Shown here in pieces: positions 1-9,953 of a DNA stretch of 64,000 nucleotides. Below the pieces are notes generated by a model. That model searched no databases and was not told the DNA's origin. It was given only the letters and a program-made list of their open reading frames with translations. Numbering within the stretch: the stretch's first letter is position 1; the number at the start of each line of letters is the position of its first letter. Both the position numbers and the translations under genes were made by a program. The stretch comes from Methanobacteriota archaeon. Its GTDB lineage: Archaea; Thermoplasmatota; Poseidoniia; Poseidoniales; Poseidoniaceae. The DNA lies in contig PBDU01000011.1 in the NCBI GenBank assembly GCA_002718195.1, positions 91,927 through 155,926 of the forward strand. Reading direction: 5' to 3'.

Positions 1-2
1 TT

Positions 3-308
3 GTTATCTATCCTTCATTCTATGAGGGGCAAGGATTGATTCCATTGGAATCTTTAGCCAGCGGGACTCCTGTGGTTACCGTCAATCAACCACCTCTAAC
101 GGAGATGATTGACGAAACGGTTGGAGATTTGTTTGAGAGAGGCAATGAAAAGTCTCTGGCTGAAGCGGTTTTGCGTGCTCTAAGCGATCGAAAATCAATG
201 ACTGCAAAGGCAGAAAAAGGAAGACAGAGGGTCTTATCAAAATATACCTATGAGCACAATGCTCAGGATTATCAGGCAGTCTTCAAATCAGTGTTAAAAT
301 CTCAATAA
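3..308 (+). CDS. GT4 family glycosyltransferase, C-terminal part (5' truncated by window)
   Basis: Frame open from window edge: VIYPSFYEGQGLIPLESLASGTPVV is the GT-B/GT4 E-X7-E motif. Confidence 0.85.
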   Translation, partial: VIYPSFYEGQGLIPLESLASGTPVVTVNQPPLTEMIDETVGDLFERGNEKSLAEAVLRALSDRKSMTAKAEKGRQRVLSKYTYEHNAQDYQAVFKSVLKSQ

Positions 309-373
309 GCAAATTTGTCGGATTCACTTCAGATTCTTGAAAAGGTTATTTTGCTGTTCGTACAGGGAAGGCT

Positions 374-1255
374 GTGGAAGTGTCACTGTCAAGTCTACCC
401 AATTTAATTTGGGTTTTCCTTGTCCCAATTTTTCTTTACATAGGCGTAAGAGTTGTGATGTTCTTCATGGTCTGGAGGAAAAAAACTGCATCTCTCACGA
501 AGCCTTGGAATGATTATTGTTTACACCAATCTAGTGTTGTCATCGATGAAGATACTGGAGATATCACCTTCTCTCATGTCCGTGATTTCACCTGGCATAA
601 GGACAAAGAAAAGGAATCGAAGTGGCTTGAAAATATAACCGTAAATGTCAATGAAATCAAGGATGTTTGGTTCATAGTCGATCATTTCTTTTGGATGAAA
701 GGCGTTGCGCATTTGATGCTATCATTCGAATTTAATGATGGAAGGTGTTTTTCATTCTCATTCGAGGCTCGCAGAACAATAGACGATTCTTATCACCCTT
801 GGCACGGAATGTGGAGGGCATACGAGATGTACCTGGTCATGGGAACGGAGAAAGACCTAGTTGGAATTAGGGCTTTCAAAAGGGGCAACCAAGTACACAG
901 GTATAGGACGGTTACCTCAAAAAGAAGAGAGAAATCATTCCTTCTCTCATTTGCTCGTGAAATGCAGAGTTTGCATGAAGAACCAGTCTTTTATCACTCT
1001 TTAACAAATTCTTGCTCAACCATTCTTCGAAAACTTATCAATGAGGTTTCTCCAATAAAAATCCCGATGATTTGGCGGGTAATTTTGCCCGGGCATTCTG
1101 CAAGATTGGGGTACCGTTTGGGATTATTAGAGCGCTGGGGCGATTATGAGGAAACTAGGGATAGGGCACGAATTGACCTTCACCTTCAGAAGTGGGATGG
1201 AAAAGAAGATTTCTCTAAGTATTTGACTGAAAAACTGCCAAAAAAGGCTAGATGA
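374..1255 (+). CDS. DUF4105 (Lnb N-terminal-like) domain membrane-anchored protein
   Basis: N-terminal TM; HVRDFTW, AHLMLSFEF, FYHSLTNSCST motifs typical of DUF4105 proteins. Confidence 0.65.
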   Translation: MEVSLSSLPNLIWVFLVPIFLYIGVRVVMFFMVWRKKTASLTKPWNDYCLHQSSVVIDEDTGDITFSHVRDFTWHKDKEKESKWLENITVNVNEIKDVWFIVDHFFWMKGVAHLMLSFEFNDGRCFSFSFEARRTIDDSYHPWHGMWRAYEMYLVMGTEKDLVGIRAFKRGNQVHRYRTVTSKRREKSFLLSFAREMQSLHEEPVFYHSLTNSCSTILRKLINEVSPIKIPMIWRVILPGHSARLGYRLGLLERWGDYEETRDRARIDLHLQKWDGKEDFSKYLTEKLPKKAR

Positions 1256-1891
1256 TTATCGCTCTATCATTACAAGAAGTTCACCAGAAACTTTGCTGAC
1301 TTCGATTGTCTCTGCTTGAGCTAGGTTGTGTATTCCTCTTGTACCGATTTCCAAAGTATCGTGGTTGAGAGTGAATTTACATCCAGCCAGGCTGACTCCT
1401 TTACAGGGGGTTATCGCGTGCAATGACACGATTTTGCCTAATTTAGTTTGGAGTTGAATAGTATCGTTGGGCACCCTCTTCAGTACAAAATCTTCGTAGT
1501 GTAAGGATGCATAGGAATCGGATTCAATCAAGCATGACCATACGCCAAATTGGTGGTCCAATCTTCCACCTTCTATTCCAATAACATCAATCGATGTAAA
1601 TCCTTCATCTCGAAGGTAGGAAAGGGCTTTTGAAAGGTCGCTTTTGTCTTGATTTTGCATTTGGATTACATTAGTAAATTCAGAATTTAATCCCTCAGAT
1701 AAATCAGAATCTATGCTATCAAAATCTCCACACAAAAGATCTGGGATAATTTCCAACTTATTACAGTGATTTAGTCCACCATCGCATGCGACTATAAAAT
1801 CGCAATTTTGCAACAAATTATTGACAACCTCCGAAGAGGGAATTTCACCATTTGCTATTACCAAAACGCGATCGGAAATATTTGCCATCAT
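1256..1891 (-). CDS. thiN: thiamine diphosphokinase
   Basis: IVACDGG, GDFDS, QDKSD, GGRLDH motifs. Confidence 0.9.
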   Translation of the reverse strand: MMANISDRVLVIANGEIPSSEVVNNLLQNCDFIVACDGGLNHCNKLEIIPDLLCGDFDSIDSDLSEGLNSEFTNVIQMQNQDKSDLSKALSYLRDEGFTSIDVIGIEGGRLDHQFGVWSCLIESDSYASLHYEDFVLKRVPNDTIQLQTKLGKIVSLHAITPCKGVSLAGCKFTLNHDTLEIGTRGIHNLAQAETIEVSKVSGELLVMIER

Positions 1892-1991
1892 AGATTCGAA
1901 AAATCAGTTAAAAATGAATGTTGCTCAAACCCAATTAGTTCAATTTAAAATTAGACGATTACGGACAAGCATTTTGAATGTTAGTTGATGT

Positions 1992-4900
1992 GTGAACCTT
2001 ATGCGCGCCCGGCACATCAGCAATAGCCGTGGTGCGTGCGGGATTTTAACAGTGCTTCTCCTGATCCAAGTTTTGGTTCCAACAATAATTGATTTTGAAA
2101 CTGAAAACGAACTCAGTGATTCGATTTCTTCCAATAAAGTCGTTACATTCAGCGATGGTAATTCCCATGAATTTGCTGGTGATAATTTGGATTATGCGGG
2201 ATTAATCCAAGCAACAGTTCGTGATGAGGGTAGTTTGGATTATTGGATAGAAAGTAATCTTTACTTAAATCAAAATAACACCGAAATTGGAAATCCAGAC
2301 ATCGCTCTGAACACCGACGAATCAGTTAGCATGTGTTGGTCTGAATCCGACGGGGACATCATGTACGCACACGTAACAAACGATGGTAATATCTCTTCAT
2401 GGTTGATCGATACGGTCACCTTCCAAAACGAATTAGTTGATTGTGCTTTGATGCTTACCGAGCACGGAAAGCCCAGAGTTGTGTACGCAGATGGACCACA
2501 TTTGAAATCTGCAAGGTATGTGGTCCAAGATTCAATTTACACTTCAGATGGCTGGAATATCAGAACCATGAGAGAGTACATTAACGCAACTCATATTGAA
2601 ATGGTAAGTGTTGATGACAGAGAGTGGTCTGTTGTTAGAGACGTTGATGGAAAACTCTGGAGAGTTAATTTCACAGGAATTCTTTGGCAAGACGGTATAC
2701 TGGATATTGGTCCTGTCGGAGAGGATTTTGAGTTAAGGTCTGACTCCAACTCGGTAGTTCACATTGTTTACTTCAGAGAGGACCTCAAAGAAGTGCGTTC
2801 AATCAAAGTCGAAGGTCAAGCAGTTACAAACTCAGTCCTTTCCAGGGGCGAAACGCTTTCCAACGTAATAGGAATGAGTTTAGATGGGGATAATGTCGAG
2901 CAGGTAGCAACTGTGAATCAACTGAATGGTTCTTTCAATATCGAGTTGCTCCGTTCTCTAGAAGGTCAAGATACTGGCAGAATCTCTCCTTCAACAATCG
3001 ATACTTATCTTGCCGGAAATGACATTGAAGAAACTAAATTCTTGGCTGCTGACTTCGATGGGGACGGTTTCACTGAAGTAGTAGCAGCAAATCCAACGGC
3101 TGATACATCCAACAATACTTCAGCAGGTATAGTCTTCATCACAAAAACAAATTCGAGTGGGCTTACTGCAGATGTAATTGCTCTAGAGGGTTCATCCGAT
3201 AACGCTCATTACGGCAAAGGATTAGCTGTCGGGGACTTCAACGCTGACGGCTTTGATGACTTAGCGATTGGTTCTCCCGGCGAATCAATAGTGGAGATAT
3301 ATTTTGGAAGCCAAAGTGGTCTTTCCAATGTTTCAGATCAAATCCTAAGGGGCAATTCCACCGATGAATTTGGTTCTGATTTAGAACGTCTTTCCGACGC
3401 TGACGGAGATGGTGATGATGAACTTGCAGTTCTTTCAAGCAATGTTACTATCATTCTGCCCGGTGATGACCACACGGGTCAAGTCTCAGTGTATTACGGA
3501 GGTCAATCCCTTACATTTGGCAGAAACATTACCCAAACAGGAATCGGACCATTTTTTGGTAGAAGTATTGCTGGTGGTGGTGACCTAAACGGAGATGGCT
3601 TCGGCGATTTAGTCATCACTAACACAGGTACACAATCAGATTCCTTCGGATATTCTTCAATCGAGATTTTCTATTCAAGCGGCACCGGTTTCAATGGAAC
3701 GCCCGATTATACAATTCAATCTAATGCTCAAGGAAGACTGCTTGGTGGACAAGCAGAAATCATTGGCGACATAAACTCAGATGGGTATGATGATTTATTC
3801 GTTTCAGAGTTGTATAACCAAACAACACCAGGCGCATACAACTCTGGAACAGTTTGGATGATCGAGGGAGGAGAGACTTTACCAGCTTCTTATCTAATGA
3901 GTTCTGGGTCTACAGCAAATGAGAGGTATGGTACAAACTTCATGCCTGCTGGAGACGTCAATGAAGACGGCTATGATGATTTGTTGATAATGGCATTAGA
4001 AGCAGACAGTTCAGGTAGAGTTGACTTGATTCTAGGAAGTCCTGATGGATTAAGAGCCGATACTCAAACAATCATTAGCGGAGCAAATCCGCAACAGATG
4101 CTCGGATTGGCGATAGCACCTGGGTTTGACATAGATGGTGATGGGCTGACCGAAATTGCACTTTCAAAACGGGATACAACGCAGGGTGGTTCATTCGCTT
4201 TGACCTATCAATTCCACGAAAAGAGGAATTGGGATTCGATTGAATTCACTGAACCTGGAGAACTTTTGCAACTCGAAGTAGGAATCGCATCTAGAGGAGA
4301 AACTAGCCTGCTCTACACAAGCGAAGTGGATAACACAACCATTTTGACTCATTATGAACATATTGAGGACACTACTCCAACTGGGAAATGGGTTTCATAT
4401 CATCCATACGAATTCCAAACCAATGGAAATATATCCTACGCAGTTACTTCCGCAGGAAAGCCATTAATTCTTACAACATCCAACGAGGATGGAATTAACC
4501 TTGTCACAGCTAGCGGCTATGTGGCTTTGGAACAGGAACTAGTTTCGTCTGGGTCTTTTGGGGATTTTGTAGGTTCAACAATCGATGATAACGGGAATCA
4601 GTATATCGCAATAGCATCTAGCTCTGCCCAACAAATTTACATGTTCACGAGAGGAGTATCGGCTTGGAATAGCGAACTAGTAATCTCTCAAACAACCCTC
4701 TCTGAAAATCCAAGCGTTATGGTAGCAGATAACGGCACGATATACATCACTTATAGGGATTCAAATACAAATCAATTGAAAGTACTTCACAAATCAAGTT
4801 CAGCATGGGCAATAGATGACTTGGGTGGCAGCGGTCATGCTGTATCTGATTCTAGCCCGTCGTTGATTTTAGAAAATGGTTCGATATCAACCGCTTTAAT

Positions 4901-7900
4901 TGAATCAGATGGCATAAATTCAACACTTTCAGTTTGGAATTTTGACCACAACCAGCTTTATTCCTCAGTGATAACAGATATGACTGACTTACAAAGCGAC
5001 ATCGACATAGCAGTAGATGACAATGGCACCACGTTTGTTTCAAGCCTTGATTCACTTGGTAATCTAAATGTGTATCATAAGAATTTAACAGCCACAAATT
5101 GGACGCAGACAATATTGCCAAAAGCAAATGGTTCAATTGGAAGTTTCCAAGCAGATTTAGCAGTTCACAATGATGTTGTAATCGCAGTAAAGGGCTCAAG
5201 CAACGAATATCCTCTGCACACATTTGACGAAACTTGGACTTCTCACAAAGCCTCGACTCCTACAACAAACGGATTATTCAATGTCGTAAAAGATGAGAAT
5301 AGCATAATCTTGTTCACCTCATCAAGTTCTGATAATTTAGTCTGGAATACCTTTGACCTAAGATTGAACACTTGGAGAAGCATAGAATTTGGAGATCTAA
5401 GGGCAGCGATTGATGTTCATCCAGAGATTTTCAATCAATCAATCTACACTACATTATTCGATCCAACTGACATGGATGTCGACTTGCTAAGGTTCTATCA
5501 CGATGCAGATAGAGACCTTGTCTTTGATGAAATCGATGATTTACCGTTCTTAGGAAATCAATGGCAGGATTCTGACGGAGATGGGGCTGGAGACAATCCC
5601 AACGGACCCTATGCAGATCTTTGCCCTGCCTCTTCCGGTCCATCTACATTCTATGGAATTGGCTGCCCTGATTCAGATAACGACGGATTCCCAGACACCC
5701 TTGATGATTGTCCAACTGCCAACGACCTGTCTTATTTTGATAGGCTAGGATGTAGAGACATCGACCAAGATGGATGGTCCAAGAATTTAGGTGCATGGAA
5801 TTCTGGTGACGAATTTGACCTTAACTGGAAACAAGTGCTAGACTCTGATGATGATGGCTATGGTGATAACTCTGGACCGGATTGTTGTGCTACAAGCCAC
5901 TCATCTCAAGACGATGCGGTTCCTGATTTATTCCCATATAACCCAAGCCAGTACAAAGATACAGATGGTGATGGCTTTGGAGATAACAAGAGCGGTTTAG
6001 ATGGAGATCAATGCCCCTGGGATTACGGTGTTTCCTTCAGGGATAGAAACGGCTGCATCGACAGCGACGGCGATGGTGCAAGTGACCCTGAGCCTGACGC
6101 TCTCTTCCCATACTTAGCCGAAGATGGCGCAGATATGTGGCCAAATGACCCAACTCAATGGGCTGATACCGACGGAGATGGATACGGAGATAATTCCAGC
6201 GACGAAGCAACCAACCCTGATAAATTCCCAACAAATATTGCAGCAGCAGTTGATGATGATAATGATGGCTATCCAGATGCTTGGACCAGTAATTATACTG
6301 GAAATAATTCCAAAGGTCTAGAATTAGACGGTTGCCCAGCTGTATACGGTGAATCGACATTCAACTCCGTTTCATTCTATGTAAACGAATTAGAAATGAC
6401 AATTTCAAAGGTTTCCAATCCTGGGTGTCCCGATGCCGATGGAGATGGTTGGTCAAACGCTGCAGATGATATGCCATTCGAGCCAACTCAATTTTGGGAT
6501 TATGATGGAGATGGATTCGGTGATAATTCTGCTGGAGTTAATCCGGATGCTTGCCCATATGTTGCAGGTATTTTGAACGGCACGAAATTGAATGGAGATC
6601 CCGGAATGGGATGCCCGGCTGCTGATGATGAAGACGGAGATGGAATATACGATTCTGTTGACTTGTGCTTGGGTACGCCCATAGGTTCGAGTGTAGACCT
6701 GAATGGATGTGCGGATAGCCAACTAGATGATGATGAAGATGGGGTCACAAATGATATCGACCTGTGCCCTAATAGTTTAGCAGGAATTCAAGTTGATTCT
6801 TCGGGATGTACAGACCAGCAAAATCAAGCAGACACTGACGGTGATGGAGTACTTGACCCAGTTGACCTCTGTCCTCAAACAGCCGTTAATGCAACTGTAG
6901 ATCAGGACGGATGCTCAATCGACCAACGTGATTCAGATGGTGATGGTGTGGTCGATTCAACAGATCTCTGTCCGGATACACCTGATGGTTACCCTGTTGA
7001 TTCAACAGGTTGCCTCGACGAATCACAGTTAGATCAAGATTTGGACGGTGACGGTTATTTTGGAGAGTACGACTATCTTCTTAACGCAACAAATGGCCTC
7101 AGGGAAAACCAAACTGGAGATGCTTTCCCTGCCGATTCTAGTCAATGGAATGATACTGATGGTGACGGTTATGGTGATAATCCATACGGAACAAATTCTG
7201 ATTATTGTCCATCAGAATTCGGAAACTCAACGATTGATTACATAGGTTGTCCTGATGATGACCAAGATGGACATTGGAACTTCAAAGACGCATTCCCAGA
7301 TGAACCCACTCAATGGGAGGACGAGGATGGTGATTTCGTAGGAGATAACCAGGATGGAGCCAATCCAGACCTTTGTCCAGACACAGATGAATCATTTGCC
7401 TCCCAAGTTGACGAGAATGGCTGCGCAGCAAACCAAAGAGATACTGACGGCGACCTAATCGATGATTATAGAGATCCTTGTCCTTTTGAGGCTGAAGAAG
7501 ATGGTGGAACCTTTGGATGTCCAGCTGATAGTCAAGAAAATGGTGAATTTGAATTATTCGGATTGAATATGATGACCCTAATTGCAGCAGGTGGTGCTGT
7601 TTTATTAGCCCTAATACTTATGCTAATCGTCATTCGTAGAATGTTTTCCCGAGGATTTGACTTAGATGATGACGATGATGACGAAGATTACTATGACGAT
7701 GATGATGAAGATGATTTCATGTCATCATTTTACGCCTCATCGAAGCCTATGCCTTCTCGCAACGCAACCTCACAAGATTCTTCGCAACCTGCGAGAAATG
7801 CACCAAGGTCTCCTTCTGGACCACCTGGAAGAACTAGTTCTGCACCGAGTGGTCCGCCGAAATCAGGTCCTAATGCAAGAGGACCACCCGGGAATTCAAC

Positions 7901-8285
7901 GGTGAGTAGATCTGCTCAAAATCAAACGTCTTTCGTCGAGACAACGAAGCCAACAGGAGGTCCACCAGGACGAGGTGTTCCAAGTCGTGGACCACCTGGT
8001 CGAGGTCCACCCGGTGTTTCTAAAGCAATAGAAGAGCCTTCATCTAAAGTAGCGAAAAAGAAGAGCGTTAAAGTTGCAGGCAAAAAAGTAAGGAAAGCAA
8101 ATATTCAGGTAGATATGTCTGTATTTGATTCAGGACAAGAAGCGGATAGACAACTAGCGGTGGATTGGACAATTCAAGCGATAGGTGAAGGAGAGCAAGA
8201 GCGGGTTATCTTAATGCAATTGCAACAGACAGGTTGGAATGCTGAGCAATCGAGGGCAATAATTTCGATTGCAAGAAATAACTAG
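1992..8285 (+). CDS. giant type I membrane surface protein: beta-propellers, 7 FG-GAP repeats, many thrombospondin type-3 Ca-binding repeats, TM, cytoplasmic acidic/Pro-rich tail
   Basis: Signal-like N-terminus; seven G..D.NGDG.DDL repeats (~3040-4170); D.D.DG..D..D.CP repeats (~5500-7530); TM ~7570-7640; low-complexity tail. Confidence 0.85.
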   Translation: MNLMRARHISNSRGACGILTVLLLIQVLVPTIIDFETENELSDSISSNKVVTFSDGNSHEFAGDNLDYAGLIQATVRDEGSLDYWIESNLYLNQNNTEIGNPDIALNTDESVSMCWSESDGDIMYAHVTNDGNISSWLIDTVTFQNELVDCALMLTEHGKPRVVYADGPHLKSARYVVQDSIYTSDGWNIRTMREYINATHIEMVSVDDREWSVVRDVDGKLWRVNFTGILWQDGILDIGPVGEDFELRSDSNSVVHIVYFREDLKEVRSIKVEGQAVTNSVLSRGETLSNVIGMSLDGDNVEQVATVNQLNGSFNIELLRSLEGQDTGRISPSTIDTYLAGNDIEETKFLAADFDGDGFTEVVAANPTADTSNNTSAGIVFITKTNSSGLTADVIALEGSSDNAHYGKGLAVGDFNADGFDDLAIGSPGESIVEIYFGSQSGLSNVSDQILRGNSTDEFGSDLERLSDADGDGDDELAVLSSNVTIILPGDDHTGQVSVYYGGQSLTFGRNITQTGIGPFFGRSIAGGGDLNGDGFGDLVITNTGTQSDSFGYSSIEIFYSSGTGFNGTPDYTIQSNAQGRLLGGQAEIIGDINSDGYDDLFVSELYNQTTPGAYNSGTVWMIEGGETLPASYLMSSGSTANERYGTNFMPAGDVNEDGYDDLLIMALEADSSGRVDLILGSPDGLRADTQTIISGANPQQMLGLAIAPGFDIDGDGLTEIALSKRDTTQGGSFALTYQFHEKRNWDSIEFTEPGELLQLEVGIASRGETSLLYTSEVDNTTILTHYEHIEDTTPTGKWVSYHPYEFQTNGNISYAVTSAGKPLILTTSNEDGINLVTASGYVALEQELVSSGSFGDFVGSTIDDNGNQYIAIASSSAQQIYMFTRGVSAWNSELVISQTTLSENPSVMVADNGTIYITYRDSNTNQLKVLHKSSSAWAIDDLGGSGHAVSDSSPSLILENGSISTALIESDGINSTLSVWNFDHNQLYSSVITDMTDLQSDIDIAVDDNGTTFVSSLDSLGNLNVYHKNLTATNWTQTILPKANGSIGSFQADLAVHNDVVIAVKGSSNEYPLHTFDETWTSHKASTPTTNGLFNVVKDENSIILFTSSSSDNLVWNTFDLRLNTWRSIEFGDLRAAIDVHPEIFNQSIYTTLFDPTDMDVDLLRFYHDADRDLVFDEIDDLPFLGNQWQDSDGDGAGDNPNGPYADLCPASSGPSTFYGIGCPDSDNDGFPDTLDDCPTANDLSYFDRLGCRDIDQDGWSKNLGAWNSGDEFDLNWKQVLDSDDDGYGDNSGPDCCATSHSSQDDAVPDLFPYNPSQYKDTDGDGFGDNKSGLDGDQCPWDYGVSFRDRNGCIDSDGDGASDPEPDALFPYLAEDGADMWPNDPTQWADTDGDGYGDNSSDEATNPDKFPTNIAAAVDDDNDGYPDAWTSNYTGNNSKGLELDGCPAVYGESTFNSVSFYVNELEMTISKVSNPGCPDADGDGWSNAADDMPFEPTQFWDYDGDGFGDNSAGVNPDACPYVAGILNGTKLNGDPGMGCPAADDEDGDGIYDSVDLCLGTPIGSSVDLNGCADSQLDDDEDGVTNDIDLCPNSLAGIQVDSSGCTDQQNQADTDGDGVLDPVDLCPQTAVNATVDQDGCSIDQRDSDGDGVVDSTDLCPDTPDGYPVDSTGCLDESQLDQDLDGDGYFGEYDYLLNATNGLRENQTGDAFPADSSQWNDTDGDGYGDNPYGTNSDYCPSEFGNSTIDYIGCPDDDQDGHWNFKDAFPDEPTQWEDEDGDFVGDNQDGANPDLCPDTDESFASQVDENGCAANQRDTDGDLIDDYRDPCPFEAEEDGGTFGCPADSQENGEFELFGLNMMTLIAAGGAVLLALILMLIVIRRMFSRGFDLDDDDDDEDYYDDDDEDDFMSSFYASSKPMPSRNATSQDSSQPARNAPRSPSGPPGRTSSAPSGPPKSGPNARGPPGNSTVSRSAQNQTSFVETTKPTGGPPGRGVPSRGPPGRGPPGVSKAIEEPSSKVAKKKSVKVAGKKVRKANIQVDMSVFDSGQEADRQLAVDWTIQAIGEGEQERVILMQLQQTGWNAEQSRAIISIARNN

Positions 8286-8348
8286 GGATGTATTTGGAGG
8301 CACTATCCTCAAGAAGGGCACTTGATACCGGCAGACAGGCGTGATAGG

Positions 8349-9953
8349 ATGGCAGGAGAAGTTACCGGAGCATCTATCCCCGATGGAATAGATGTAGATG
8401 ATGCTGCAGCATATTTTGGTGTAACAGAATCTTCTGACATAGTCCATTCCATGATGTCAATGGATAGACCGGAAGCATTCGAAAAATTCTTCTCATTGCT
8501 CGGAGATGTAGTCCTGAAGCCCGGAGAATTTGATTTCGAACTTGCAAGTCAATCCTTGAATTGTGAGGGTGGTGAAATCTACTATCTAGTAGCCGGTCAC
8601 CTCGGAATTATGTCGATGGCAGATAACCTGTGTGATTATCTTGGTCTTCCCAATTCAATGGGTGATACAAAATCCGGTAATTCGAATCTTTCAAAGGATG
8701 AAATTGAGTCATTATCATCACTATGCGATCCCATGAAACTGCTTAAATTATTTGCAATTGCTAATTCCACAGGAGATTCTAAAGAAGTTAGCAAGTATCT
8801 AGAGCAATTGGAAATATTATTTTCCAATCCAGAGTCAAGCCTTGAGTCTCTCTCTGCGGTAGCATCAGAATTGAATGGTAATCTCGCGTCATCAGGAAAT
8901 CTTACCCCAATTTCTACCCTTGCAAGTGGTACTGCAAAACCATCAGTGGTCAGCGTTCCGAAACCAGCAAAGAAATCCGAACAAGAAAAAGTCACAAAAA
9001 CTGAGGTTAAACCAAAGAAGGTAGAGCCTGAGGAAAAGATAGAATCGGTTCCATTACCTGGTAAAGAAGTAGTAGTTGAGCCGAGTGTTGAAGAGGAAAT
9101 TCAACCTGTAAAAATAGAATCAGTACCTTTGCCTTCAGGAGTTAGTCCAATGCCTGAAGTAAAAAGAGCAGAACCTACACCCGATGAAAGAGAGATGGAA
9201 AAGGCCACCTTCGATGCATTTGCGAGTGCATTTACTGGCAGTCCTGCCTCTGAAGGTGCAGAAGTTACAGAACAGGAACCTACGGTTGTAACAAGTACTG
9301 AAGAATCTATTCAAGTCGAGTCTGACGAAGATGAGGTCGCTGAAGAACCAACTGTGGAAGATTTCCCAGACGATTTTGTTAGTATTGCAGAAAAATTTGA
9401 GGCAGCCGATGCTGATGGCGATGGAACCCTTGATGTGGAAGAAATTGCAACAGCTATGGAAATTTCAGTTGAGCAGGCAAAGGATATACATGATTCAGCT
9501 GACTTGGATGGAGATGGCTCGGTAAGTCTAGGAGAAGTAATTGCAAGTCAAGCTACAGAGAATAAAATCAATCTTCCAAAGCCAGTTAGAGCGGCACCTG
9601 TAAGGGCTCCAATCGGTTCAAAATCTCCTCCGAACCAGACACAGAATCAAACAGTCCACGGTGGCATGAGTTTGCCTAATCAAGGGCAAAATCCCCCACA
9701 ACAACAGATTAATCAAAACCAAATGAATCAAAATAACCTGAATCAAGCCTTCCAAAATCAAAACCAGCAATTCAATCAACAATTCAAAAATCAGCAATTT
9801 AACCAAGGCTTTTCTTCAAATCAAAATTTCAATCAAAACATGAATCAAGGCTTCCAACCAACAATAATGTCAGGAATGTACTGTCGTGGATGTGGAATCG
9901 GAGTTGACCCACAATGGCGATTCTGTCCAATATGTGGTACTAGAAATCAATGA
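8349..9953 (+). CDS. cytoplasmic protein with EF-hand pair, Q/N-rich region and C-terminal zinc ribbon
   Basis: DADGDGTLDVEE and DLDGDGSVSLGE EF-hand loops; QN-rich tract; CRGCG..CPICG; ATG 8349 preferred over TTG 8322. Confidence 0.75.
   Translation: MAGEVTGASIPDGIDVDDAAAYFGVTESSDIVHSMMSMDRPEAFEKFFSLLGDVVLKPGEFDFELASQSLNCEGGEIYYLVAGHLGIMSMADNLCDYLGLPNSMGDTKSGNSNLSKDEIESLSSLCDPMKLLKLFAIANSTGDSKEVSKYLEQLEILFSNPESSLESLSAVASELNGNLASSGNLTPISTLASGTAKPSVVSVPKPAKKSEQEKVTKTEVKPKKVEPEEKIESVPLPGKEVVVEPSVEEEIQPVKIESVPLPSGVSPMPEVKRAEPTPDEREMEKATFDAFASAFTGSPASEGAEVTEQEPTVVTSTEESIQVESDEDEVAEEPTVEDFPDDFVSIAEKFEAADADGDGTLDVEEIATAMEISVEQAKDIHDSADLDGDGSVSLGEVIASQATENKINLPKPVRAAPVRAPIGSKSPPNQTQNQTVHGGMSLPNQGQNPPQQQINQNQMNQNNLNQAFQNQNQQFNQQFKNQQFNQGFSSNQNFNQNMNQGFQPTIMSGMYCRGCGIGVDPQWRFCPICGTRNQ
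9690..9860 (+). repeat. low-complexity Gln/Asn coding repeats (NQQF/NQGF/NQN units)
   Basis: Repeated aatcaa/aaccaa units within CDS. Confidence 0.6.

Noticed and set aside
5500..7530. Recurrent GAYGGNGAYGG DNA motifs as a repeat element
   Set aside because: Explained by TSP3 repeat coding
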